Under the pieces are notes generated by a model that was given only the letters and a program-made list of their open reading frames with translations, did no database searches and was not told where the DNA came from. From an uncultured Desulfobulbaceae bacterium (GTDB lineage: Bacteria; Desulfobacterota; Desulfobulbia; Desulfobulbales; BM004), in NCBI GenBank assembly GCA_947259115.1, contig CAMYKS010000010.1:41236-105235 (forward strand): a stretch of DNA of 64,000 nucleotides. Direction: 5' to 3'. Positions 25,786 through 35,410 of this stretch are shown piece after piece. The position numbers were made by a program, and so were the translations under genes. How positions within the stretch are numbered: the first letter of the stretch is position 1; each line of letters starts with the position of its first letter.

Positions 25786-26282
25786 ATATACCCGGCGCGT
25801 TTTGGTTTCCACGCAGCCCCTTACGCAGGTCTTTTTGCCCTGAGAGGAGGGTAGCTCCTGACAGCATAAATCAAACCCACTCTTTGCCCCGCAGCAGGAA
25901 AGCACAGACTCCGGGAAAGTACCCTTTCAGGGCACTCTTTTTAATTGTCGCGAAACCCACCATTAGTGGTGGATCCGGATATGTTCAACCGACCCAGCAA
26001 TAAATTAAACGGGATAATTAAAAAACGAACCGCAGAATGTCGAAGGAGTTAAACAAGTTCAGCAACTGCATTTGCTTCTTTTCTCCAGAAGTTACTTGAA
26101 CCTTAGAGAAGATAACTCATGAAGTTATATAGTTTTTCAAACCAGGAAGTGGTTCGCCCATCTTCTGATGCCTCCCGCACTGCGGGAGGAGATTCACTAC
26201 ACCCTTAAATACAGGGTATCCCCCCCTCGGAGTCTCCCTTCGGTCGCTTACCTGAGGGGTATAAACTCCGAGATTACGCCTG

Positions 26283-26858
26283 CTAAGCGTATTCACCTGC
26301 AGTAATTTCCTGCACAGGCCGCTTAGGCACGTGGTGCACCTCGTCGGTATCGCGCCAGTACTTTATATCCCTGCCTGATTCCTGTTCATCTAGAGAGACT
26401 GTTTCGGCAGGCTTCCCTAATGCTATTACCAGAAGAATCTGTAAATGATCATCCAACCCAAGCACGTCACGCAACCCCGGCGAAATCGAAGCGATGCGAC
26501 AGCCGCCAATCCCTTTTTCACAGGCGCCAAGCAAAAGATTCTGGGTTGCAATGCCAAGATCGCAGTCAGCCTCATTACTCAGACGGGTATCAAGTAAACA
26601 GATAATATAGGCCGCAGGCCGCTCCCCTTCCTTTGGTCCGGACCATTCCCGTAAATAGCCGGCCCAGCCAAGATGGTGAAATATTTTTGCCTTGAGGCCA
26701 GGTCCATTAACCAGCAAATATTTTAACGGCTGCATGTTTCTGGCAGAGCCTCCCAAGCGTGCCAGATCAACGAGATACCTCAGGGTCTCCATGTCTATTG
26801 GTTCACCCTCTTTAAAACGCCTGAAGCTCCTTGTTTTACAGACCAGATCATAAAGCAT
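26283..26858 (-). CDS. nitroreductase family protein
   Basis: 191 aa. The N-terminal RSFRRF..ETLRYLVDLARLGGSARNMQPLKY pattern is typical of the FMN nitroreductase fold. Confidence 0.65.
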   Translation of the reverse strand: MLYDLVCKTRSFRRFKEGEPIDMETLRYLVDLARLGGSARNMQPLKYLLVNGPGLKAKIFHHLGWAGYLREWSGPKEGERPAAYIICLLDTRLSNEADCDLGIATQNLLLGACEKGIGGCRIASISPGLRDVLGLDDHLQILLVIALGKPAETVSLDEQESGRDIKYWRDTDEVHHVPKRPVQEITAGEYA

Positions 26859-27059
26859 TATCTATTCCTCCTTGATATTTCCCGGCAAGCTTCTGCCAAT
26901 ATTTTTTTCCAAATTTTTTTTCTTCTCTTGTAAAATTTCCTAATATGTTGTTTTAATTAGTATTGATACCTTTTTTTACATATGGGGTATTTGTCTATTA
27001 TACAAAATTCTCTCTCAAAAAACCTGTATGGCATGCAATAATAATTAAGTGAAATTCTA

Positions 27060-27851
27060 ATGGGTGATGTAATACAATTTTTACGCTGGCAGGATATCGT
27101 TGATATCCTACTGGTATCGTTCATCATCTACCGCACCATTCTTCTCATCCGGGGAACACGTGCTGTACAGATGCTGTTCGGCATCGCTGTCCTCATCGTT
27201 ATTTACTTCGGGGCCAGGGAGTTGGAACTTCTTACCCTCTACTGGCTGCTCCGCACCCTGTTAAGCTCCATCTTTCTCATCACCATCATCGTCTTCCAGG
27301 CGGACATCAGGCGGGCCCTCACCCAGGTCGGCAAAACACCGTTCTCAAAAACCTATGATGATGCGCTGCAAAACACCATTCAGGTAGTTGTCTCCAGTGC
27401 ACGCTACCTCTCCAGGCGAAGAATCGGCGGCCTCATCGTCATAGAAAGGGAAACCGGTTTGCGGGACTATATTGAATCGGGTCACAAGGTGGACGCCAAG
27501 CTTTCTACAGAATTACTGGTGAGCCTTTTTCTCCCATCCTCGCCGCTGCATGACGGTGGTGTCATAATTCATAACAACCGCATTCAGAATGCAGGCTGCC
27601 TCCTGCCTTTAACCAAAAATCCATATATCAACAAACGCTATGGCACCAGGCACCGGGCCGCCATCGGACTTTCCGAGGAAACAGATGCTGTTATCGTAGT
27701 TATTTCAGAAGAAACCCAGGAAATTTCCATGGTCCAGCATGGCTCCATAACCACGGTTTCCGATGAAACTGTATTATTAAATAAACTCGAAGAAATTTTT
27801 ATTCCCAAGGACTATCAGCCTCACTTATGGAAAAACTGGTTCGCCAAATAA
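27060..27851 (+). CDS. cdaA: diadenylate cyclase CdaA (c-di-AMP synthase)
   Basis: 263 aa with three N-terminal TM helices followed by DAC-domain motifs (LHDGGVII, GTRHRAAIGLSEETDAVIVVISEE). Confidence 0.9.
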   Translation: MGDVIQFLRWQDIVDILLVSFIIYRTILLIRGTRAVQMLFGIAVLIVIYFGARELELLTLYWLLRTLLSSIFLITIIVFQADIRRALTQVGKTPFSKTYDDALQNTIQVVVSSARYLSRRRIGGLIVIERETGLRDYIESGHKVDAKLSTELLVSLFLPSSPLHDGGVIIHNNRIQNAGCLLPLTKNPYINKRYGTRHRAAIGLSEETDAVIVVISEETQEISMVQHGSITTVSDETVLLNKLEEIFIPKDYQPHLWKNWFAK

Positions 27852-28816
27852 TTGCTAATATCTCCTCCTTTCCGAGGCCGAAAAACTGGGTACTGAAGCT
27901 GCTCTCCCTACTTTTTGCCCTGTTTCTCTGGTATTTCGTGGTAGGCGAGGACAAGGTGGATATGAATGTCACCCTGCCCGTGGAAATTGTCAACCTGCCC
28001 CGCGACCTTATTATTTCCAACCAGTTCAAAAAACAGCTGGAGATAACAGTAAGCGGTCAACGCAGCCTCATTCGCGGCATGACCTCACAGCATATCAGCA
28101 AGACAATCGATCTTTCAAGGGCTGCACCCGGTGCTGTGGTTATCCAGAATAACCCGGATTCCATTTCCCTCCCACGCGGATTAAGCATACTGCGTGTGCA
28201 GCCGCCGACCCTCACCCTGTTGCTTGATCGGCTGATTCAAAAAGAGCTGTCCATCAAGCCCGTCCTTGTCGGTAATGTTCATAAGAATTACAGCCTGGAA
28301 TCAGTGACAGTAGAGCCCTCGACTCTGGAAATAAGCGGGCCGAAATCCATCCTGGCTCAGGAGGAAAATTTAAGTACCAGCCCCATAGATATTAACGACC
28401 TGGACAAATCAACCGTCAAACAAGTTCCATTGGCGCTAAAACCAGAGATAGCAGACCTTATCGGCGAACCTGTGGTTGCAGTCCGCTTTACTGTTGCTGA
28501 ATTGAAAAAGGAAATGGAATTTTCAACCATTCCCATTGAACTTGACATTGCTGCAGGTAAAGAAAAAGAGGTAATATACCAGCTGCTGCCGCCAACGATC
28601 AATTTAACAGTTGAAATTCCTCAGGCATTGTCCCAGGCGACAAATAATATCAGGAGTCTTTTTCATGCCGGAATAACTCCTGAAACGCTAAATGGTGGCA
28701 GCACAAAACATACGGTGATAGTGGAGGGCCCGCCGCAGGCGAAGATCCTTGCAATAAAACCTGAAACGGTAACCCTGAAAATAAGAGAAACCCGAAAGCT
28801 TAAGATCAAGCGATGA
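27827..28816 (+). CDS. cdaR: CdaA regulatory protein CdaR (YbbR-domain protein)
   Basis: 329 aa with an N-terminal TM helix and repeated YbbR-like beta domains. It overlaps cdaA by 25 nt and glmM by 4 nt, the conserved cdaA-cdaR-glmM order. Confidence 0.75.
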   Translation: MEKLVRQIIANISSFPRPKNWVLKLLSLLFALFLWYFVVGEDKVDMNVTLPVEIVNLPRDLIISNQFKKQLEITVSGQRSLIRGMTSQHISKTIDLSRAAPGAVVIQNNPDSISLPRGLSILRVQPPTLTLLLDRLIQKELSIKPVLVGNVHKNYSLESVTVEPSTLEISGPKSILAQEENLSTSPIDINDLDKSTVKQVPLALKPEIADLIGEPVVAVRFTVAELKKEMEFSTIPIELDIAAGKEKEVIYQLLPPTINLTVEIPQALSQATNNIRSLFHAGITPETLNGGSTKHTVIVEGPPQAKILAIKPETVTLKIRETRKLKIKR

Positions 28817-30177
28817 GAAAACTTTTTGGAACAGACGGGGTGAGGGGGGTTGCCAACACCTACCCCATGACGACAGATATCGCCATGCAGATCGGCAGGG
28901 CAATCGCCTTTCTGGTGAAAAAGCAGAAGCCGGACAGGGAGCATAATCCAAGGATAGTTATCGGCAAGGACACCCGGCTCTCAGGCTATATGATAGAAAA
29001 TGCCCTGGCCTCGGGTATCTGCTCAATGGGTGTCAATGTTCTTCTGGTCGGTCCTCTGCCGACTCCCGGTATTGCCTTTATAACAACCGGCATGCGTGCC
29101 GATGCGGGTGTCGTTATTTCAGCCTCCCACAACCCCTTCCAGGATAACGGCATCAAGATATTTTCCAAGCATGGATTTAAACTGCCGGATGAAGAGGAAG
29201 CCATTATTGAGGATCTCATATTTTCAAAAAAAATGGACTCTCTGCGTCCCGTGGCCGAAGAGGTCGGCAAGGCTACCCGTATTGATGATGCCCGTGGCCG
29301 TTATATAGTTTTCCTGAAAAACACCTTTCCGAAACGCTACACCCTGGACGGTATCCATATTGTGCTTGACTGTGCCCATGGCGCCACCTACGGCGTGGCT
29401 CCCCATGTCTTTGAGGAACTGGGCGCTAAAGTGACCAGCATCGGGGTGAAGCCGGACGGCAAGAATATCAATCATGAGTGTGGAGCACTTCATCCGGGAG
29501 TTATGGCGAAAGTGGTTCAGGAGGAAGGCGCCGACCTCGGCATTGCCCTGGATGGTGATGGCGATCGGCTTATCGTGGCTGACGAAAAGGGCACAATTGT
29601 AGATGGCGACCAGATAATGGCTATTTGCGCAGCAGAGATGATTGAGCGCCGGAAACTTGCTCAGAACACCCTGGTGGCAACTGTTATGAGCAATCTCGGC
29701 TTGGAAGTTGCCATGCAGCGCATGGGAGGAAAACTCATCCGAACCCAGGTCGGTGATCGTTATGTTGTAGAAGAGATGCTGCGTAATGCCTACAATTTCG
29801 GGGGCGAACAGTCAGGACATCTCATTTTTCTCAAGCATAACACCACAGGCGACGGCATACTTGGCGCCCTGCAACTCCTTGTTACCATGAAGAAAAAAGA
29901 ACGGCCCCTCTCCGAGCTCACGCAGATCATGGAGCCCTTTCCCCAGGTGCTGCAAAATGTCCGAACTAAACAAAAAGTTGCCGTAGATACTATTCCGGGA
30001 TTTGCAGATAAAATAACCGTTATGGAAAAAAGCCTGGGAACCACGGGGCGCATTCTGGTGCGTCCATCTGGTACTGAGCCGGTCATCAGGGTCATGGTGG
30101 AAGGCGAAGATGCGAGACTCATTGAAACCATGGCCTGCGAACTTTGTGACTTTATAAGTAAACAGGCGGGCTGCTGA
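28813..30177 (+). CDS. glmM: phosphoglucosamine mutase
   Basis: 454 aa with [12 protein letters not shown] at the N-terminus and the active-site loop [14 protein letters not shown]. Confidence 0.95.
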   Translation: MRKLFGTDGVRGVANTYPMTTDIAMQIGRAIAFLVKKQKPDREHNPRIVIGKDTRLSGYMIENALASGICSMGVNVLLVGPLPTPGIAFITTGMRADAGVVISASHNPFQDNGIKIFSKHGFKLPDEEEAIIEDLIFSKKMDSLRPVAEEVGKATRIDDARGRYIVFLKNTFPKRYTLDGIHIVLDCAHGATYGVAPHVFEELGAKVTSIGVKPDGKNINHECGALHPGVMAKVVQEEGADLGIALDGDGDRLIVADEKGTIVDGDQIMAICAAEMIERRKLAQNTLVATVMSNLGLEVAMQRMGGKLIRTQVGDRYVVEEMLRNAYNFGGEQSGHLIFLKHNTTGDGILGALQLLVTMKKKERPLSELTQIMEPFPQVLQNVRTKQKVAVDTIPGFADKITVMEKSLGTTGRILVRPSGTEPVIRVMVEGEDARLIETMACELCDFISKQAGC

Positions 30178-30261
30178 CCCGAATAAGGGGTATGAACGCT
30201 CGCTGACCGTGTTCACAGGTTGCAGTTGCTTTCCTTCCACACCCTTTTAAATTTTATTCGT

Positions 30262-31896
30262 TCACGGTTCCGGGTCCAGTTTATCAATGAGCATGATCTG
30301 GTATTTCGCATCCACTGATTCAGGATCTACTGCTAAAATCTGTTTATACGTACTCCTGGCTCCCTCATATTCCTTCTGCTGCACTTGCAGTTTTCCCAGC
30401 CTGTCCAGCGCCCTCAAATAATGCGGATTAATTTTCAGGGCCTGCTCATATGAATGAAGGGCCTTCTGGGCTTCATCCTTCATTTCATGGGCTATACCCT
30501 CATCGGTATAGGAATGGCTGAAATCAAAAGGCTCTATAACCTTACTATTGGCAAGGCCAAGAACACATCCCACTATGATGAGGCTCACTGCAAGTTTGCG
30601 CCACCGGGCCGTGCGAAACTGATCCTGCAGCATGGAAAGCCCATAGCCTGCCGACAGGCAGAAGAGCGGCAAAGCAACCATCCTGTAACGGGAAAAAACA
30701 TAAAAAATGATGACAGAAACGATATAGGCAATCTGGATAAAAAAGAGAAACACCGGTGCACTTCGTCTCTCTTGCAGCATGCCAAGAAGTCCCAGCAGAA
30801 AAAAGGGGGCCAGCAGGCCGAAACTGATTGGTAACACCTGCAGGACCTTTGAATAGCGCTTATGGAAGTAAAGGTTGTGATTATCGGGAATTTCATAATC
30901 GTTCAAAAAGAGCAGCAGTTTCTTAGCGCTAAGCTTAAGGTCTTCCATTGGATTATTTTGTATAAAATCGATACTCTGCAGTAGCCAGTAACGGGACACT
31001 TGCGAAGGGCTCAGCGTTCCACCGCTGCGCTTCTCCGCCTCATTTTTAAAATCTTCCTGCTCATGCATGGGGTCAGGGCGCACAAAGTCCAGTTTAACAT
31101 AGGTGCCGTTGGCATCAGGATTATGGCCGACATAAAAATTCTGACCAGCCTGGGCGGTGGTCAGAATTAATTCCTTGCCCAGCATATAATTATGCGCAAC
31201 AGCCGGCCCCAGAGCCGCTAGAACCCCGATAAAAAAAAGGGCGGCCATACCTGAACGAATTTTTATCTGCGCATTTTTCTGCACCAGGATCGTGATGAAA
31301 ACCACGGGCAGGAGGAGAAGAAAATTTGCCCTGGTGAGACAGGCAAGACCGAGAAAGAACCCGGAAAAAAACTGGCTCATGCTGATTTCTTTTAAATCCT
31401 TCTCAAGAAACAGATATATTGCCATGGTAAATAGAAAGGCCGACAGGGTCACCTTGAGCAGCAACCCGTCAAAATATATTGCCGGTCCATACAGGGCATA
31501 TAGTAATCCCGCAAAAATGGCGGCAGTCCTGTTGAAAATTCTCGTACCCAGCAGAACAAGCAGCAGGGAAGTACAGGCCCCGAGAAAGGCCTGGGCTAAA
31601 TATACCCAGAACAACTCCCGCCCCATGATCTTGTAAAAAAGTGCCAGAAAGTAAGGGTAAAGAGGGTCCTGGTAGAAAATGTCTTTGCCACGCCAGCCAT
31701 GCTCGACAATCTGGCGGGCCCAGCGGTCATAGGCCCCGAGATCTCCCGGCAGCACATCAAAAAAAGGACTGTTCTTATAAATTGATGCTATATGGATAAG
31801 GCGGAGCCCAAGAGCCAGGATAAAAATTGCAAGCGCCCAAAAAAGTATTTTTTTTTCTGTGACTTTCTGCATGGAAGCTGCTTTCATGGCTAACAT
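30262..31896 (-). CDS. GT39/ArnT-like membrane glycosyltransferase with C-terminal TPR
   Basis: 544 aa with a multi-pass membrane N-terminus (FYQDPLYPYFLALFY) and C-terminal TPR repeats (ALHSYEQALKINPHYLRAL..). Confidence 0.6.
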   Translation of the reverse strand: MLAMKAASMQKVTEKKILFWALAIFILALGLRLIHIASIYKNSPFFDVLPGDLGAYDRWARQIVEHGWRGKDIFYQDPLYPYFLALFYKIMGRELFWVYLAQAFLGACTSLLLVLLGTRIFNRTAAIFAGLLYALYGPAIYFDGLLLKVTLSAFLFTMAIYLFLEKDLKEISMSQFFSGFFLGLACLTRANFLLLLPVVFITILVQKNAQIKIRSGMAALFFIGVLAALGPAVAHNYMLGKELILTTAQAGQNFYVGHNPDANGTYVKLDFVRPDPMHEQEDFKNEAEKRSGGTLSPSQVSRYWLLQSIDFIQNNPMEDLKLSAKKLLLFLNDYEIPDNHNLYFHKRYSKVLQVLPISFGLLAPFFLLGLLGMLQERRSAPVFLFFIQIAYIVSVIIFYVFSRYRMVALPLFCLSAGYGLSMLQDQFRTARWRKLAVSLIIVGCVLGLANSKVIEPFDFSHSYTDEGIAHEMKDEAQKALHSYEQALKINPHYLRALDRLGKLQVQQKEYEGARSTYKQILAVDPESVDAKYQIMLIDKLDPEP

Positions 31897-31955
31897 CGGG
31901 TATCCAAGCGTCGCCCTATGCCCTGGAACCGGAGTGAGGAAATGATAATCCTCAC

Positions 31956-33137
31956 CTACTTGACAGCTGCCATGGCCTTACGAAAAGCTTCTGCCGATCG
32001 TTCTATTACGGCATCATCAACGCAAAAAGCCAGCCTGAAGTATCCGGGTGTCCCGAAGCCCCTGCCGGGCACGGCAAGAATCTTTTCTTCCTGCAGTTTG
32101 CCCACAAACTCAGCATCATCGGCTATGGGGGATTTTGGAAAAATATAGAAGGCTCCCTTGGGCGGCATGAATTCGTAACCCGCGTCAGCAAGGATTTTGC
32201 AGAATTTTTCCCGCCGCCTTGTATAAATGGTGTTATCAACGGACGCTCCCTGCAACTCAGCCACAACCCGCTGCATCAGAGCCGGGGCGTTGACAAAACC
32301 GAGAATACGGTTAGCAAGGGTCAACGCCTCGATCAGAGAAGCCTTTTCCGCAATTTCAGGATGCAGTGCTATGTAGCCGATTCTTTCACCCGGCAGTGAC
32401 AGATCCTTTGAATAGGAGGACACCACTATGCTGTTGCGGTAGGGCTGCATGATGCTCGGTACATCATTGTCATCAAACACTATCTTTCTGTAGGGCTCAT
32501 CAGCGATGAGAAAGATGGTACTGGAAAACTTCTGCGCTGCCTTGGTGAGAATATTGCCCAGTTCTGCCAGGGACTCTTTCGAGTAGATCTGTCCGGTCGG
32601 GTTATTTGGACTGTTAATGATAATTGCCTTTGTTTTTTCGTTAACAGCTGCCTCAATAATTCCAAGATCCAGATCAAAATTGTCGTCCGTGGCCACAACC
32701 TTGCTGATTCCCCCATGGTTGTCGACATAGAATTTATACTCCACAAAAAACGGTGCCAGGATAATTACCTCATCTCCCGGATCAAGCAAAGCTTTCAGGG
32801 TAACGTTAAGTCCGCCGGCAGCCCCGCAGGTCATCAGCATTTCATTGGCGGTAAGGTCCACTCCCTGCTCGCTCGAGATACGAGCAGCCACAGCCTGCCG
32901 CACAAAGGGATACCCTCCGTTAGGCATGTAGGCATGCGAGCCGGGAATATCTTTTTCCGCCAACTGCACCAGAGTTTTCTTAAACTCCGGAGGGGGCGGC
33001 AGATCCGGGTTCCCGAGACTGAAGTCAAAGACATTTTCAGCTCCAAATTCCCCCTTCAGCCTGGCGCCCTCTTCAAACATCTTGCGTATCCAGGATGCAC
33101 TCCTGGCAAACTCATTCATTTTTTTTGAAATGGCCAT
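31956..33137 (-). CDS. class I/II pyridoxal-phosphate aminotransferase (AspC/AlaA-like)
   Basis: 393 aa with INSPNNPTG and the PLP-lysine motif SSYSKDLSLPGERIGY. Confidence 0.8.
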   Translation of the reverse strand: MAISKKMNEFARSASWIRKMFEEGARLKGEFGAENVFDFSLGNPDLPPPPEFKKTLVQLAEKDIPGSHAYMPNGGYPFVRQAVAARISSEQGVDLTANEMLMTCGAAGGLNVTLKALLDPGDEVIILAPFFVEYKFYVDNHGGISKVVATDDNFDLDLGIIEAAVNEKTKAIIINSPNNPTGQIYSKESLAELGNILTKAAQKFSSTIFLIADEPYRKIVFDDNDVPSIMQPYRNSIVVSSYSKDLSLPGERIGYIALHPEIAEKASLIEALTLANRILGFVNAPALMQRVVAELQGASVDNTIYTRRREKFCKILADAGYEFMPPKGAFYIFPKSPIADDAEFVGKLQEEKILAVPGRGFGTPGYFRLAFCVDDAVIERSAEAFRKAMAAVK

Positions 33138-33300
33138 TTTTTCCTCCAGTAATTTCTAACATATTACAACTTCAGTGTTGACCTTTTAAAATTTCCTGTC
33201 GCAGAAAAACTTTTTCCAGCTACATTCTTCAGATCCAAAAATCTTTAAAGCAAAAAAGAAACTGTTTACCAGTTCCCTGCATCTTTATAAAACTTTTCTG

Positions 33301-34125
33301 TCATTGTCCCAATTTTCTTTCGAGAAAATCATAGGCATTATTGATCTCCTTCATTTTTTCTTCAGCTACTTTTTTAAATTCCTCGCCAAGGTGGCTGACC
33401 TTGTCAGGGTGATACTGCATGCTCAGCTTCCGGTAGGCCGCCTTTACCTCAGCAAAGCCGGCTCCAGGTGCAAGCCCGAGAATTGCATAATATTTCTCCT
33501 CTGCTACTTCCCCGGCCGGCGCACCAGCCTTGAATCCGGCTTTATATTTTGCTGCAATGGAACGATGGTCATAGGCGGAAATTTCTAAATAGCTGCCGAT
33601 CCTTTCGGCCATCTGCAACTCTTCCGGTGATACCACTTCATTGGTATAGAACACCTGGTATATGAGTTCCAGCAGTATCAGCCGTGGTTCATAGACGAAT
33701 CTCTGTTTAAAATCCTGCAGCAGTGAATCAAGGCTGTCTGTTGATACCAGAGCCTCCTTGATTAGCTCCTTTACCCAGAAAAGCTGGTTTTGATTATAGC
33801 GCAGGTTGTATTGGAAAAAATGGCGAATTGCTTTGACTTCATCCCGGGTAACCTTGCCGTCAACCTTGGCTATCTTGACCAGGATATTAACCAGCAGAAA
33901 CACAAAGGTGTTATGGGTTTCTGTTTGTGATTTCTCATAGGCGCTGATCTGGCGCTTGACATAATAGGTAAAGGCCAAAAAGGCCCCGATGGAGCCGACA
34001 AATAAAAAAAGAATAATAAAGGCCAGAAGCCCGAGACCTTTGACCCCGCCTATGAGAAAGATCAGCAGCAGCAGAGGCAGAAAGCAGCCCCCGCAACCCG
34101 GTTGTTCGTGTCGTTTATATTCCAT
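33301..34125 (-). CDS. DjlA-like co-chaperone (TM + TerB-like domain + C-terminal J domain)
   Basis: 274 aa with N-terminal TM helices, a central TerB-like region, and a C-terminal J domain carrying HPD (YYAILGL..AYRKLSMQYHPDKV). Confidence 0.7.
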   Translation of the reverse strand: MEYKRHEQPGCGGCFLPLLLLIFLIGGVKGLGLLAFIILFLFVGSIGAFLAFTYYVKRQISAYEKSQTETHNTFVFLLVNILVKIAKVDGKVTRDEVKAIRHFFQYNLRYNQNQLFWVKELIKEALVSTDSLDSLLQDFKQRFVYEPRLILLELIYQVFYTNEVVSPEELQMAERIGSYLEISAYDHRSIAAKYKAGFKAGAPAGEVAEEKYYAILGLAPGAGFAEVKAAYRKLSMQYHPDKVSHLGEEFKKVAEEKMKEINNAYDFLERKLGQ

Positions 34126-34176
34126 ACGCTATCAAAAGCCCTTTATGCAAAAAACATTTCACTCATATATATATTT

Positions 34177-35295
34177 TTACTGCCTGGAATCACTAAAAAA
34201 AAGTGCCTCGATAAATTCCTTGGGATCAAAATCACGCAGATCATCCAGCTTCTCGCCAATACCTATAAACCTGATGGGGATATTAAAATCATGGGAAATA
34301 TTTACCACAATGCCTCCCTTGGCCGTACCATCAAGCTTTGTCAAGGTCAGGCCGGTGAGGCCGACAGCCTCATTAAAGAGCTTGGCCTGGGAAATACTGT
34401 TCTGGCCGGTGGTGGCATCCAGGATGAGCATTATTTCATGGGGTGCACCCTCTATTTTTTTGTTAATCACCCGCTTGATCTTTTTCAGTTCTTCCATCAG
34501 GTTCACTTTTGTATGGAGCCTACCGGCCGTATCAACAATTATGACATCAAAATCCTTGGTTGCAGCATAATCCAGGGCATCATAGATAACCGAGGAAGGA
34601 TCAGCGCCCTGCTGTTTTGCAACCACATCCGCCCCTACCCGTTCCGCCCATACCTTTAACTGGTCAATGGCGGCTGCCCGAAAAGTATCGGCTGCAACGA
34701 GCAGAACACGCTGGCCGGCACGGGCAAACTTGTTGGCAATCTTACCTATGGTCGTCGTTTTACCAACACCGTTGACACCGATCACCATGATTACAAAGGG
34801 GCCAGTTGCAGGAAGTTTCATCTCTGCATCGCCATAACCCTCAAAGAAGGTAAGAATTCTCTCTTTCAGGGCAAGCTTTAACGCCTGGGGATCTTCGAGT
34901 TCTTTGCGTGTCACCCTGCCGCGAATTTCATCAAGAAGGTCCAGAGTTGTATTAACGCCGAGGTCGGCTGTAATTAATATCTCCTCGAGTTCATCAAGAA
35001 GTTCAGCATCAATTTCTTTCCTGCCAAGGAACAGTTCATCAACCCTGCTCACCAGGGAAGTCCGTGTCTTGGCCAGCTTCTCCTGCAGGCGCCTGAACAG
35101 CCCTTTCCGACTCTCGTGCTTCTGGGCAAGCTCTTCTGAAGCAGCACCCATTAAGTCTCTGGTTTCCCTGGCACCATGAGAAGCAATTTCCGCAGCACCA
35201 CCTTCTCCAGCCTCTTTTTCCTGCCGCGATATCTCTGCAGCATCGGGCACTGCATCTTCATTGATTTTTTTCTTCTTTTTAAACCATCCTAACAT
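34177..35295 (-). CDS. ftsY: signal recognition particle receptor FtsY
   Basis: 372 aa with an acidic N-terminus and SRP GTPase motifs (GVNGVGKTTTIGK, DTAGRLH, TKLDGTAKGG). Confidence 0.95.
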   Translation of the reverse strand: MLGWFKKKKKINEDAVPDAAEISRQEKEAGEGGAAEIASHGARETRDLMGAASEELAQKHESRKGLFRRLQEKLAKTRTSLVSRVDELFLGRKEIDAELLDELEEILITADLGVNTTLDLLDEIRGRVTRKELEDPQALKLALKERILTFFEGYGDAEMKLPATGPFVIMVIGVNGVGKTTTIGKIANKFARAGQRVLLVAADTFRAAAIDQLKVWAERVGADVVAKQQGADPSSVIYDALDYAATKDFDVIIVDTAGRLHTKVNLMEELKKIKRVINKKIEGAPHEIMLILDATTGQNSISQAKLFNEAVGLTGLTLTKLDGTAKGGIVVNISHDFNIPIRFIGIGEKLDDLRDFDPKEFIEALFFSDSRQ

Positions 35296-35410
35296 CGGTT
35301 ACTCCATCTAATAGTGTGTCCATAAACGTATCAATCCCGGGCAATGTTGACTGCCAACAGAACGTCCGACGACTGCCATGTCCCTTTTTTGCGGGACCGA
35401 CAATTTCCCA

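Noticed and set aside
25786-26282. The ~500-nt non-coding gap after recD, scanned for a tRNA or other RNA gene.
   Set aside because: I found no cloverleaf-compatible arms and no known RNA signatures, only the short repeat motifs already reported and small hairpins (e.g. CCTCCCGC-act-GCGGGAGG at ~26170..26188).
27060-30177. The cdaA-cdaR-glmM operon, considered as a potentially unusual c-di-AMP module in a Gram-negative organism.
   Set aside because: This three-gene arrangement is well established and widely conserved, including in deltaproteobacterial lineages. The sequence shows nothing atypical.
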